DNA of 64,000 bases from a virus, in the IMG/VR virus record IMGVR_UViG_3300042904_000405, positions 8,404 to 72,403 of that record; one strand, written 5' to 3'. The notes below the pieces were generated by a model that saw only the letters and a program-made list of their open reading frames with translations, did no database searches and had not been told where the DNA came from. Position numbers and translations under genes: made by a program. Position 1 is the stretch's first letter; every line of letters begins with the position of its first letter. Below, one piece after another: positions 19,254 through 30,324 of this stretch.

Positions 19254-19847
19254 CTAGGGCACTTCGATCACGAGGAGCACCGAGTGGTAGCCCCAGATGT
19301 TGAGCTGCTTCTTGCCCGAAGGCTGCGACCGCATGGCGTGGATGTACAGCTTTCCAGCCACCCGGCCACCGGCCTTGCGCACCGCCTCCGTCACGAAGCC
19401 CGACTGATCGCGGAACTTCGACGCCACGTTTGAGTCCTGGCACTTCACCAGGACCAGCCGGCGCGAGATCTCCATCGCCTCGAGCGCTCCGCCGATCAAC
19501 GTCTCGTCGACCGAGTCAGCGCTGCTGTAGTCGCCCAAGCCGTACTGCGCGTCCGACTCCAGCCGGCTCGTCCCTCGGTAGGCATAGGGCGGGTCCCAGC
19601 ACACGACGCTGTACGCACCCGGCGCGAACGCCCGATCGAACACGTTGTGGTGGTAGTCCGCCGCCACTGCCTCGTCGTCGTCGTTCGTGACGAGCACGTC
19701 AGGGCGCCAGCGCGTCCAGAACCCTGCGTTCGGCCCGACCGTCAAGTCAAGGATGGAGTCCTCCTTGCGGAGGATCCCCAGCTCGGCGAGGTCGGCGATG
19801 GCGGCACCGTTCGTCACGCGGTGCGTGTCGTTGGCCAGGATGGTCAT
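19254..19847 (-). CDS. Putative amino-methyltransferase (N6-adenine/N4-cytosine)
   Basis: ILDLTVG...GFW motif I-like sequence and catalytic DPPY. Confidence 0.7.
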   Translation of the reverse strand: MTILANDTHRVTNGAAIADLAELGILRKEDSILDLTVGPNAGFWTRWRPDVLVTNDDDEAVAADYHHNVFDRAFAPGAYSVVCWDPPYAYRGTSRLESDAQYGLGDYSSADSVDETLIGGALEAMEISRRLVLVKCQDSNVASKFRDQSGFVTEAVRKAGGRVAGKLYIHAMRSQPSGKKQLNIWGYHSVLLVIEVP

Positions 19848-20134
19848 GTCGTTCCTCTCGTCGCCCAGATGGACGTCGTCTCGCCCAGTGTCACGCCGTC
19901 GTGAGCTGCCAGCTCCTGATCGACGTACGCCCGCAGGTCGACGGCGATGTCGCCGTCGCCCCACGAGACGCGGGCGATCAGCGCGGCGCTGTCACCCGGC
20001 GCCCGCACCACGATGTCGATGCCCGAGTACTCGCTCACGCTGACGTCGTCGTCCGCATCCAGCTCGCACACGATGCGGCTGCGCGCCTCCTGCTCGCCTT
20101 CGATCTCCTCAATGGCGTCGTCGAGTGCACTCAT
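19844..20134 (-). CDS. Hypothetical protein
   Basis: Coupled ORF between the two methylases. Confidence 0.55.
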   Translation of the reverse strand: MSALDDAIEEIEGEQEARSRIVCELDADDDVSVSEYSGIDIVVRAPGDSAALIARVSWGDGDIAVDLRAYVDQELAAHDGVTLGETTSIWATRGTT

Positions 20135-20847
20135 GCGGCTCCTTCCAGGTACGCCAACAGCTGGCGTCCGATGTGTTCGGTGTAGCGCGGTGGGATCGAC
20201 TCGCACAGCTCGTCGTTGGTCATCCAGTCGATGCCCATCGCCTGCTGACGGATCGGCCCCTCGCCGGCGTACTGCAGGTGCCCATGCACCCCGACGACCG
20301 AGGCGAGCCGCCCCTCCTTGCGGTTCTTGCTCGCCAGCGACTGGAACCGCGGCGTCTGCCAGCCGTGGTCGCACGGCGGCGCTGTCAGCGGCCAGTTCGT
20401 CTCGAAGTACCGGTGGCGGCGGATGTCCATGCCGAAGCTGGATCCGCACAACCGCACCGGGTCGACCATGTGTCGGCGAGCGCCCTCAACGTTCTCGATG
20501 ACGTAGGGCAGCCCGCTCGCCTGCAGGGCCTCACGCGTCGCAGCCAGCAGCCACGCCGTCCCCTTCGCGCCCCGCGCCTTGCGGTCGGTGCCGGTCGACG
20601 TTGAGAAGTCATGACACGGCGGGGACGCATGGATGGCGCTGTAGAACGCCCGCCCCCACATTCCGACGGCGTCGGCCTGGATGTAGCTGTCGAGGTACTC
20701 CAGAGCGTCGGCCTGGACGAACCCGCAGCCGGGCGGGTAGTTCGGCTGCGGCGCTACATCCACGCCGACGACCGAGAAGCCCGCCTTGTGGTAGCCCGCC
20801 GACGCCCCGCCTGCTCCGCAGAACAGATCGAGGATGACCGGCCTCAC
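20131..20847 (-). CDS. DNA cytosine-5 methyltransferase-like protein
   Basis: ILDLFCGAGG, HASPPC, VIENV, RHRYFE motifs. Confidence 0.85.
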   Translation of the reverse strand: MRPVILDLFCGAGGASAGYHKAGFSVVGVDVAPQPNYPPGCGFVQADALEYLDSYIQADAVGMWGRAFYSAIHASPPCHDFSTSTGTDRKARGAKGTAWLLAATREALQASGLPYVIENVEGARRHMVDPVRLCGSSFGMDIRRHRYFETNWPLTAPPCDHGWQTPRFQSLASKNRKEGRLASVVGVHGHLQYAGEGPIRQQAMGIDWMTNDELCESIPPRYTEHIGRQLLAYLEGAA

Positions 20848-21771
20848 ACGGCCTCCACGCACTGTGGCTTCAGGTACATCGGGTTGCCGAAGCGTGGCTG
20901 CGGGATGTCCAGCTTGACGGCCACCCTGTCGCCCTTGGCCGAGTACACCGTCACGCCGGTGGCGCCGTCGAGCACCTTCGGCCGGATGTTCGTCAGCCGC
21001 ACCCGCGTGCCCACCGGCAGCGACGCGTTCCTGGCGTTCAGCGCCCGGGTGACCAGATCCTTCAGCTCGCCGAGCTGCTTGGCGTCGGCCTCGCGGCTGA
21101 TGAACTGGTCGACCTCTTCGTACGTCATGATTCCCCTTTCAGGTTGTGCTGGGTCGCCCAGCAGTTGGTGCGGGGCTTGTTGACCTCGCCCTCGCAGATG
21201 CATTGGTCGATGGGGATCGTCTCCACCTTCGGCTCCTCATCAGGCAGCCCTTTGACGCAGGGGAAGACCTTGAACGTGTCGAGGTAGTTCTCCCACTTGC
21301 CGTAGTGAGGGTCGCCCTCGTTGTCGGCGATGATGTCGGACCACGTCGTCTCAACGAGCTGCCGCAGGCTGGCGTACTCCTCGTCGAGCGACTCGGGGTT
21401 GCCCCGGTACGGCCGCCGGCGCAGATCGGCACAGCCGGCGCGATGGACGTGCCACTCGCCGCCCATTCCGATGTTCGGCCCGGTGACGTTGAGGATCATG
21501 CGTCGTGTCCTTCCTCTCTCAGGCAGTTGCCCTGTTGGTCGATCTCGTAGCCGCACTCCCCGCAGCCGTAGGCCTCGCCGCATCGACCGCACGTCGGCGA
21601 CACCGTGTCGCCCTGCATGATCAGCTCCAGGTCGCTCTCGGTCCACGGCTCGTGCTTGGTCCAGAACTGGCATCCGTTGCACCAGAACGTGCGCAGCACC
21701 TGCGTGCCGTCCTGGAACACCTGGAGGTCGAACATCGCCTCCAGCCGTCGTGCTCGCTCGGGCATCAGCAC
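20844..21771 (-). other. Three small hypothetical genes
   Basis: Coupled ORFs with RBSs. Confidence 0.55.
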
Positions 21772-22067
21772 TCCCTCATCAGCTCTCGGAGGCGCGCGTC
21801 GCCGGCCGAGGAGAGCTGCTTGCCGTAGCCCTCCTCGTACTTCTCCACGCCGAACTGTTCGATCGCGGGGGTCAGGCCGCCGAGCTTGGCGATCTCGTCG
21901 CAGACCTGACCGCGGAACTGCGGCCAGACCATGTCGAGGGCGAGGACGTCTTCGTCCGCGGCTGCGACCGTGGTCGGCGGCAGCGTCCGGTAGACGATCT
22001 GCGGCTCACTCTTCTGGCAGGCGACCAGGCCCAGCAGCGCGATCGGGATGATGAGCAGTCGCTTCAT
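21765..22067 (-). CDS. Putative lipoprotein
   Basis: MKRLLIIPIALLGLVA-C lipobox. Confidence 0.7.
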   Translation of the reverse strand: MKRLLIIPIALLGLVACQKSEPQIVYRTLPPTTVAAADEDVLALDMVWPQFRGQVCDEIAKLGGLTPAIEQFGVEKYEEGYGKQLSSAGDARLRELMREC

Positions 22068-23281
22068 GATCTGTCAGCCTCCAGCTTGTGTTCGACCCAC
22101 TCGGTGTAGCCGAGCACGGTGTCACCGTTGGCGACCTCGTACTGCCAGTCGGCGAGCGTGTAGTCGTCGTGTTCCGTCATCTGTTCCTCCACAGGTGGTC
22201 GATGTCTCGCATGTGCTCCTCGTACTCCTGCTCCTCGGTGTAGGGCTCGATGTCGGGGATCGTGTACTCGGCGCGGCCTCGGACGTGCAGCTCCTCGGTG
22301 CCAGCGCAGAACGCCGAGTGCGTCCCGATCGACACCCAGTCGTACTCGTTGGTCAGGTCGTTCCACCGCACGTCGAGGTGGTGCTTGCACGTCAGGCAGA
22401 TGATCGGGTGGTGCGCCACGGTTCCTCCTCAGCAGCTGGCGTAGCCCATGAACGCCCACTGGCCGTCGCCGGCCGGGACGCACACGGCGCTGCCCCACTT
22501 GTCGTCGAACACCTCGGCCATCTGGCGGAAGTTCGGGATCTGACGCAGCTGCGTGATCGCCTTCTTCGCATCGATCTCCCACTGGAGGGGCGGCGTGATC
22601 TTCGGCTTCTTCCACTTCAGCGCCCTCGTGATGACGGCGTTGTTCGTGTCGTACTGCGGGCGCCGCGGTTCGAACGGCTCCGCTGGCGGCGTGTCGTCGA
22701 CCGGCACCCGGCAGGTCACCGTCTCGGTCACCTTCATCGTGACCGTGCGGGTGTAGGTCGCCGTCTTGTGCAGCGGCTCCGGTGGGCGATCATCCAGCAC
22801 CTCGTAGCTCGATGCGCTGAGGGCGTTGAACAGCTCCTCGGCTGTCATGCCTTTCGGCAGCTGGTAGCACACGAAGCCCGCCTTCTCGGCGATCGTCCCC
22901 GTGTAGCCACCGTGGCCGAACTCGTGCGCCGCCTCCCGGTAGGCGTTGTCGAACGCCTCCGAGGCGGTCTTGCCCTTGCCGATGCTGAAGAACGTTGTTG
23001 CTCCCATGTCATCCTCCTGTTGTGACAGCTGACAGCTCGATCACCCAGTAGCCCCAGGGGAAGCGCTGCTCCTCCGCCCACCCGTCGGCCACCTCGGGAT
23101 CGTCGAACGGACCGATGTGGTTGAAGCCATCGACCGGCGTGCCGGTGATGACGATGTGCTGGGCAGCGCCCGGGGCGCGCGTCAGTTGGATCACCTCGTC
23201 GTTCAGACGGATGACGGCCTGTCGCCAGGTCTCGTCGTCGCCCGTGTTGGGGATCGGCGTGTCGCCGCAGTCGTGGTCCAT
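22064..23281 (-). other. Four hypothetical genes (22064-22180, 22177-22419, 22429-23007, 23009-23281)
   Basis: Strong GGAGG RBSs; 22429-23007 has a GHGGYTGTIAEK motif recurrent in phage early proteins. Confidence 0.6.
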
Positions 23282-24168
23282 CACGTTCCTCCTGTTGTCA
23301 CTACGAACCCGCTCTTGCCGATGAGCTGGCGGGCCCGACCCTTTGCGCTCAGGTCTCCGATGACGCCCTCCTGGAACATCCACTCGTCGGTGAGGTCGGC
23401 GTCGACGACGTTGGCCCAGTAGACGTTGCCGCCGAGCCAGATCGGCTCCGGCTTCTGTCCCTTGCGACGAGACGTGACGACAGCGACTGAACCGCCGCGC
23501 TCCACGAAGTCGAAGACGGCGTGCTGATCGCTGTTCTCGTTCCAGCTGTACGCCAGGCGGTAGGTCGCGCCGACCCAGCCGTCGGTGTCGAGGACGAACG
23601 GGTCCTTCGTGTACCCGTAGCTGAGCACCCGCGTCCCGAGCGTGTCGCCGTTGGTGAGCGACGGCAGGATCAGATCCCACCGGACGTCGCTATTGACGTT
23701 GGGCCGGAACAGGATGTTCGTCTTCCAGTGCCGGGTCCAGGCGGCTTCCAGCTCCCAGCCCAGCAGGAAGGCGAACGCCCGCGGCTGCTCGCAGAGGAAG
23801 TCCACCTTCGCCCGGCGCGCCTCCTTGACCGCTTCGAAGGAGCCGTTCCCGTTGTCGAGGACGCACACCTTCTGACAGTCGCCGGCATGCGGGCAGGCGT
23901 TGACGATCAGGCCACGCTTGACCCGTGTCGTCGTGTGCTGAAGCGTGAGCCCGTAGCTCGGCACCTTGCCCTTCAGCAGCTTGTCGTTGTCGGCCGGCCA
24001 GGTGAGCAGTCGCAGGGCGGGACCGGTGAAGCCTCGCTTCTCCCGGTACGCCTGGTACAGCTTCATCGCCAGGCCTCGTTCGTGCCTGCTGGCATGCGAG
24101 GCTCCCCGGACGAAGTACTCGTCCATGGCCGCCGCGTGCGGCAGCAGGTGGTCAGTCAGCGTCTTCAT
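23281..24168 (-). CDS. Gp88-like protein (Cys-motif, radical-SAM-related phage family)
   Basis: CPHAGDCQKVC, FRPNVNSD, YGYTK, LAYS, VAVV, VVDAD.TD, L.AKG pattern. Confidence 0.7.
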   Translation of the reverse strand: MKTLTDHLLPHAAAMDEYFVRGASHASRHERGLAMKLYQAYREKRGFTGPALRLLTWPADNDKLLKGKVPSYGLTLQHTTTRVKRGLIVNACPHAGDCQKVCVLDNGNGSFEAVKEARRAKVDFLCEQPRAFAFLLGWELEAAWTRHWKTNILFRPNVNSDVRWDLILPSLTNGDTLGTRVLSYGYTKDPFVLDTDGWVGATYRLAYSWNENSDQHAVFDFVERGGSVAVVTSRRKGQKPEPIWLGGNVYWANVVDADLTDEWMFQEGVIGDLSAKGRARQLIGKSGFVVTTGGT

Positions 24169-27100
24169 CTTCCTCCTTCGGCGGGTCGGCGGGTAGATGT
24201 GAGATGTCGCAGGCGCCCAGGTCGAACGGCCGCAGCAGCGCCGACACCTCGTCGATCAGCTGCCAGGCGCTGGCGGGGTGCTTGTCGGCGAGCGCCTTGA
24301 ACTCCTGCCACCCGATCACGGGCCCGCCGTTGGTGGCGGCACGCTCAACGACCTCGCCGTTCTCGGAGCCGTCGTAGAACAGCTCGTAGCCGTCATTCTC
24401 GTATTTGGCGTCGGTCTGGGCGTGGAACGGGATGCGGTGCTCCACGAGCCAGTCGAGGAAGTTGTCCGCATCGCTGTCGCCGGTCCAGCCGTAGTTCAGC
24501 TCGCCGGCCCAGTCGAGCGTGAGGAACTCGTCGCCCTCCCACTGGGCGACGTTCATCGCCTCGAACCACTCGAACTCAGGCAGGCGCACCGTGCGCTCGA
24601 GGTACTCCTCGCCGCCGTAGATCGGCATGGAGTAGCCGCCGCGCCCTTCGGTCCAGTCCGAGATGTGACGCCGGATGATCGGCTCGCCCTCCCAGTCGAC
24701 GGGCACCTTGATGGTGATCGACGACCCTGTCATCTCGCTCATGTGTCTCCTCCTCAGAGATCGGGATGCCAACGCCAGCCGCATGCCGTGGCGGCGTCAC
24801 TGGCGTAGCGGGCGGCGTCGGACCATGCGGTCTCGCCGTAGAACGTCTTCGATCGCAGCTTGCCGGGCACGTTCTGGAGGATCACCTTGTAGGCGCCGTC
24901 CTTCCAGACGTGCTCCGACCGCTTCTCCAGCAGGTCGGCGACCTTGATCTCGATGAGAGCCGGCTGCACGTCGTCACCCCGGTCGACCAGACCGTGGCGA
25001 TGGGCCGCGTAGCGCCACTCGCCGTGGACGATGTAGCGGTCCTTGTTGAGTCGTGTCGTGGTCATCACCAGCTCGATTGGTAGAGGAACTCCACGCCGCC
25101 ACGCATGGCGACAGTGGCTCGGACGATGCGGTCGATCTCGTCGATCGTGGTGGACAGGTCTTGCGCCCACCACTCGTCGATCTCGTAGCCACCGAAGAAG
25201 AAGCCCTGCCGGGGCTCCATGATCTCGGCTGCCTTCGTGAGGTCGCCGGCGTGGTAGGCGGCGAGCGCGTCCTTGCACTGGGCGCTCAGCTGCGCCAGCT
25301 GCTCAGGGTGCACCTCGGCCTCCTGGCACTCGTCCACGCCCTCCTGGCAGTGGTCGACGAACCAGGCGTGGATGGCGTTGGCCTTGCGCCAGTACGCCGC
25401 GCACAGCTTGACCGTGCTGCGGTCCTTGCTGATCTCGGCGTGGTTGGACTCGTCGCCGACGAGCGGTCGCAGCCCGGCGAGGTCGATGACCGCCTCGCAC
25501 ATGGCCTTCTCCTCGTCCGGGCTGTGCGACCAGCGGGACAGGTAGGCCTCGTCGTCATCGTCGTAGAACTCCACGTCGGCGGTCGCCTCGGTGAGCTTCT
25601 GCCGCACCGCCTCGTCAGCGATCCGACGACGTGCGTACAGGTACATGTCCAATCCCATGGGGATCTCCTCTCTCGTGGGCGTCTCAGCCCTGTATACGGA
25701 CGATCAGAACCGTCCCTGGTTGGTGTAGGCCCCGAGCCCTTCCAACGACGTGACGGCGAGCGTCCCGTCGGAGAGCTTGCAGAGGACGGTGTCGGCGTAG
25801 TTGAGCGTGAAGCCGGGCAGGTCGTGCTCCAGGTGCTCCAGGTCGCCCAGGCTGTTGATGTAGCCGACCGTGCCGAGCAGCTGCACCGAGCTGACCGCGA
25901 ACGGCCAGGGGTGGAACTCCACCGCCTCCACCACGACTGGCTTCGGCGCTGGCTGGGTGACGTCGAGAATGCGCATCACCGGTACGTCCATTTCCCGACG
26001 GTGTTGCCGTTGCTGTCGAGGCACTTGCCGCCGGCCTCGCCGCAGGCAGCGCGGTCGGCGACCCGGTCCATGATCCGCTTCAGTTCGTCGCGCTCTTCGA
26101 TCACGTCGACGAACGCGGCGTTGTCTGTGTCGATCTCGACCTTGAGTCGCATCACGTCACCTTGAACCCGAGCGTGGTGCGCTGGAGCGTCCCGTAGAAC
26201 TTCCGCGACGTGTACGGGTCCGGGCCGACGAAGTTGACCTTCGTGCCCGGCTTCAGGTCGAGGGCGTACGCCAGGGCCTCGTGGCCGAAGCGGGTCGTCT
26301 CAACCTCGACGCTCTCGGGCGTCGTGTTGAGCGCTTCCTTGACCGCCTTCTTGCTGGCGGGGCGCTTGCCGTTGATGTAGATGCCGTCCATGTCATTCCT
26401 CCTGTTGGTTGGTGCAGAACGGGTAGCCGGGCTCGCACGAGCACTCGGTGGCGCACTCGTCGGTCTCGGTGCCGTCGTCGCGCATGGCGACGTCCATCAG
26501 CCGCAGCCCGCAGGCGCCGAACAGGCGCCCAACGTGGCGGTACCAGCCCGACCCCGTGCGCTCCACGGCCTCGCCGCAGTCCGGGCAGGTCAGCTTGTAG
26601 GCGGTCCTCATGCTCCCATCCTCCGTTCCATGGCTTCCATGGCGTCGCACTCCCACATCTCCTTGAGCCAGGCTCGGATGGCGGGCCGCGCTTCGGCTTC
26701 GTCGGTCAGTTCGTCCACGACGTTGGCGCCGCCACACATGTCGCATGTGCGGTCGTAGTGGCCGGCGAGGTAGTCGTCCTGGAAGTCTTCGCCCTGCTCG
26801 GCCCACTCGCTCTGCGTGTAGGCGCCGAGGTAGGCGGAGGACTTGCCGCGTCCCCTGCACTGCGGGCAGACGATGCGGCGGAGATCGGTGTTCGGGTTGA
26901 GCAGCACCTCGTGGTTGAGGCGCTCGCACTCCTCGTTCCAGCAGTCGTCACAAGTGACGCACCACTCGGCCATGGCGATGATGTCAGCGGGGCTCATGCC
27001 TCCTGCCTTTCGATCCACTGACGGGCGGCCTCTTTGGCGATGCAGCCGAGGTCGGACGGTGACATCCAGGTCCCCAGCTCTTTGGAGATCCAGTTGCACG

Positions 27101-28946
27101 GGAAGCTGCTGTGCGGGCTGAACCACTCAATCTCGGAGCCGCGCCGGCGGAACCCGCACAGAGCGTCCCACTGCTGTAGCGGGATGTCGTTGAGATGCGG
27201 GTCCGTCGATGCGAGCAGGCGGGCGGCGCCGACGGAGCGCACCACATGGCTGATCGTCTGGTCGTTGACGAACTGGGCGTAGTACTCCCGGTGGACGGCC
27301 ATCGTGTCGCCGCCAGCGCGGAAGACCTCGCCGCTGCGTTCCATGTACTGGGCTCGGGTGATCATTGCGGCTCCCCTCGGGCGATGGAGCCATCGTTGAG
27401 TTCGACGATGGTCAGGTCGTCGACGGCCTCGTCCCAGCGGCCGGTGACGTTCCACTGGACCCAGACCCAGCCGTCAAGCGGGTGGGGCTCGTCCAGGACG
27501 TAGCCGTGCTGTGGGCTCTCGCCCTGGCTGCGGACGAGGATGTCAGCGGCGATCGGTTGCCTGCACCGGGCGAACCAGTTCCCCATGAACGGGATGGCCA
27601 CGTGGTGCGGCGCGTCGCCGTGGCACTCGGCGCAGTACTCGTGCTCGAACTGCTCCTGGAGCCAGGTGGCTCCGGGGATGTTGAGGTTGCTCATCCCTCA
27701 CCCCAGTTCTGCGAGACGTCCCGCGGGCCGACACGCTGAGTGCCGCCGCACCGGGGACCGAAGTCGACGTGGAGCCACTTGCGGCCCACCTTGACGATGC
27801 GGCCGTAGTCGATCACCCCGAACTTGCCGGGGTTGAACGCCTGGACGTTGTCGCCGACCTTGAAGTCGGCGATGGTGAAGCTGTCGATCATGATCCCTCC
27901 GGGGTGAACTGGCGCCACCACCGCGGGATGGTGGCGTAGCCGTCGGTGTCGGACTCGGCGTCGCGGTGCTCGTTCTCGTCCAGGTGGACCCGGCGGTCGA
28001 GCATGTCCCGCAGGAGCACGGCGCCGGCGATGGCCTCGCCGTATCGGTCGCTGTCGAAGATGTTGCCGTACAGCTCGGCCAGCTCCTGGTAGTGGACCGG
28101 CCAATCCGGTCGGAAGAAGAGCGGCGGCATGGCGAGTACGCGGTGCAAGGCCTCTACGACGGCGACTGGGAGTGCGTCACCACTGGCCCAGTCGCCGATC
28201 AGGTCCGGCAGTTCGAGGAGCGTCGCGCCCCGATCGCTGATCCGGTACATGGGGTTGGTATCGGCTCGTTCGGCGTCGACGGCGACTTTCATGACCGCCT
28301 TGTCGTGCCCGAGGCGGTCGGACAGGTCGTTCACGACCGCCCAGCCGGCGATGCAGCACGCCGTGCCGCAGACGTCCAGGTGGAGCGACTCGGAGTCGTA
28401 GCCCGGATCGACGAACGAGGCCATCTCGAATCGTTCGGGCTGGCGGAGGATCTGGGTGATGATCCGCTCGGTGTTGGCGACGTGCATGTCAGTGGACCTC
28501 CCTGTCCCTGTACCAGTCGGACGGCTCGTTGAGCGTCGGCGCGCGACGGATCTCAACGGCCATCCAGACGATGAAGACGAGGACCGCCACGCCGCACAGG
28601 ATCGCCACCGTGGCGGCGATCCAGTGCCAGGACGTGTAGGCGATCACGCGTCGACGTCGACGGGCTTCGGCGCCTTCTCGGGGGTCGCCTCAAGCGGATC
28701 GCCGGTGACGGCCTCGTGGAGGTCGGACAGGCGCTGCTGCTCGACGCGGGCGTCGAGGATGCTGCGGACGCGGTAGGCGTCGTAGGTGTTGCCGGTCTCG
28801 GCGACGCGGGCCTCATCCTCGGCCGCGGCCTCGGCGAGGTTCTTCTCCGCCTGCCACTGCTTGTCGAGGTGGGCGTCGGAGATCACCTTCGCGACGTCGT
28901 TGATCTGCTTCAGGGTCAGGTCGACCGGGAACTTGCGGGTTGCCAT
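24152..28946 (-). other. Block of about 14 small early-type genes (includes 25065-25658 MGLDMY..YWRKANAIH family, 26608-26997 CxxCxGxG zinc finger, 28644-28946)
   Basis: Dense coupled minus-strand ORFs with GGAGG RBSs. Confidence 0.6.
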
Positions 28947-28983
28947 GACTGTGCCTCCTAGGCGTCAGGTTTCCGTCGGGTAA

Positions 28984-29034
28984 CGGAACAGGCCCACCCG
29001 CCCGGAGGGAGGCGTGGCGGGTAGGCCTGTTCCG
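28984..29034 (-). other. 19-bp stem-loop upstream of the early operon
   Basis: CGGAACAGGCCCACCCGCC-N13-GGCGGGTAGGCCTGTTCCG; the single mismatch becomes G-U on the minus-strand RNA. Confidence 0.75.
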
Positions 29035-29071
29035 CCACCCCACTGGGGGATGGCGAGGGGGGTGGGGGGGG

Positions 29072-29575
29072 TCAGGGCATGGTGAGGGCCTCCTCGAGGA
29101 GCGCGCGGTCGCCGGGGCCGAACCAGCCCGGACGATCGGTCCAGAAGCCGCATTCCGACAGGACGCCGGGCTGCGAGCAGTCGGAGTGGACGGACCCGTT
29201 CCAGGTCGGCCACTCCATGACGATGTGGGCGATCTCGTGCTGCCACACGAACACCTCACGGGAGTGGGGGTCGGTGGGGTCGTAGAAGATGATCTTCGAC
29301 CCCACGATCCCGGACGCCGCCACATGGTCGGTGCAGTCCCAGGAGGAGCACACCGGGGTCAGGGCGACGAAGGTGATGTCGGGGGCCGGCCCATTGCGAA
29401 GCAGCTCGTATCCGGCCATCTCGTTCCACGGCGCGAACACCGCGGCGTCGTCGACCCCCGGGATGTCCCCCACCACGTAGGTCGTACGCGGTGGGGGGCC
29501 CGGGGGGGATGGGGGGATCTGCTGGAGGGCGCACCCGGCCAGCGGCAGGGCGGCGAGAGCGGCGAGGCGCTTCAC
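29072..29575 (-). CDS. Lipoprotein with HExxH zinc-peptidase motif
   Basis: VKRLAALAALPLAG-C lipobox; WQHEIAHIV. Confidence 0.65.
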   Translation of the reverse strand: MKRLAALAALPLAGCALQQIPPSPPGPPPRTTYVVGDIPGVDDAAVFAPWNEMAGYELLRNGPAPDITFVALTPVCSSWDCTDHVAASGIVGSKIIFYDPTDPHSREVFVWQHEIAHIVMEWPTWNGSVHSDCSQPGVLSECGFWTDRPGWFGPGDRALLEEALTMP

Positions 29576-29967
29576 GCGGGCCGCTCCAGGAGGAGGGGGC
29601 CCGCGGCGAGCCAGTAGACGTCGGGGTCGTCCCACCACAGCTCCGGGTCGTCGGTGACGTGGTAGGTCCCGGCGAACCGGGGGAGCAGGTCATCCCGCTC
29701 TTGCATCAGGAGCCTCCGTTCCTGTCCCGAGACAGCCCCCGGAGAGCACGCCCTAGAGCGTCCCTCCGTTCACTGCCTCTCACAATGTCATCGACCGTAG
29801 ACCGGTCGATTCGTCACACCCCCCTGGGGTGGGGGGAGGGGGCCGGGCCGGCGGGTAGGGCTGTTTCTAGCCCCCGGCGGGCCGGGCGTATGTCGATTTC
29901 CTGCCCCCCCTAGGGGGGAGGGGGGTGGGGGGTGGCCCCCCCTGGGAGCCCCCCGCACACTCGCCGG

Positions 29968-30131
29968 CGAACCCCTGTTCGGGAACGTCTGTTCGACGAA
30001 CCCCTGTTCGGGTACACGCGTTCGGGTACGGGTGTTCGACGATCGAGTGTTCGGTCGCCGGGCAAACCCATGTTCGTACGATCGAGTGTTCGATCGCCGG
30101 GGGATCAAGCGTTCGTACGATCGTTCGTTCG
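29968..30131. repeat. Array of ten 14-bp SOS-box-like units, N(G/A)(A/T)(A/T)C-N4-GTTCG
   Basis: GTTCG at 29977, 29991, 30006, 30020, 30034, 30049, 30072, 30088, 30111, 30127; two units are perfect CGAAC-CCCT-GTTCG. Confidence 0.85.
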
Positions 30132-30324
30132 ATTAGCAAGCGATGCCCCATCGCTCCATCGCTCCGTGCGATCGCTCGCACGCTCCGATGCTCCGATGCC
30201 CCATCGCTTGCCTCTCACTATGTGGACGCGGGCAGACCGGTCTATCTGTCACGGGGACCGTACGGTTGTGCTAGCTTCCCCGTTGGGCGCACCACGCGTC
30301 CCACTCACAACGGAGGGTACGAAC

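Noticed and set aside
23489-23497. Lone GAACCGCCG match
   Set aside because: Opposite orientation, no flanking consensus, mid-gene; probably chance.
29968-30131. GTTCG array as a mini-CRISPR or coding repeat
   Set aside because: Units abut with no spacer-length inserts, and the overlapping ORFs lack an RBS and coding-like composition.
29932-30324. N-terminal extension of the 521-aa ORF
   Set aside because: It crosses the repeat array; the RBS and -10 support a start at 30325.
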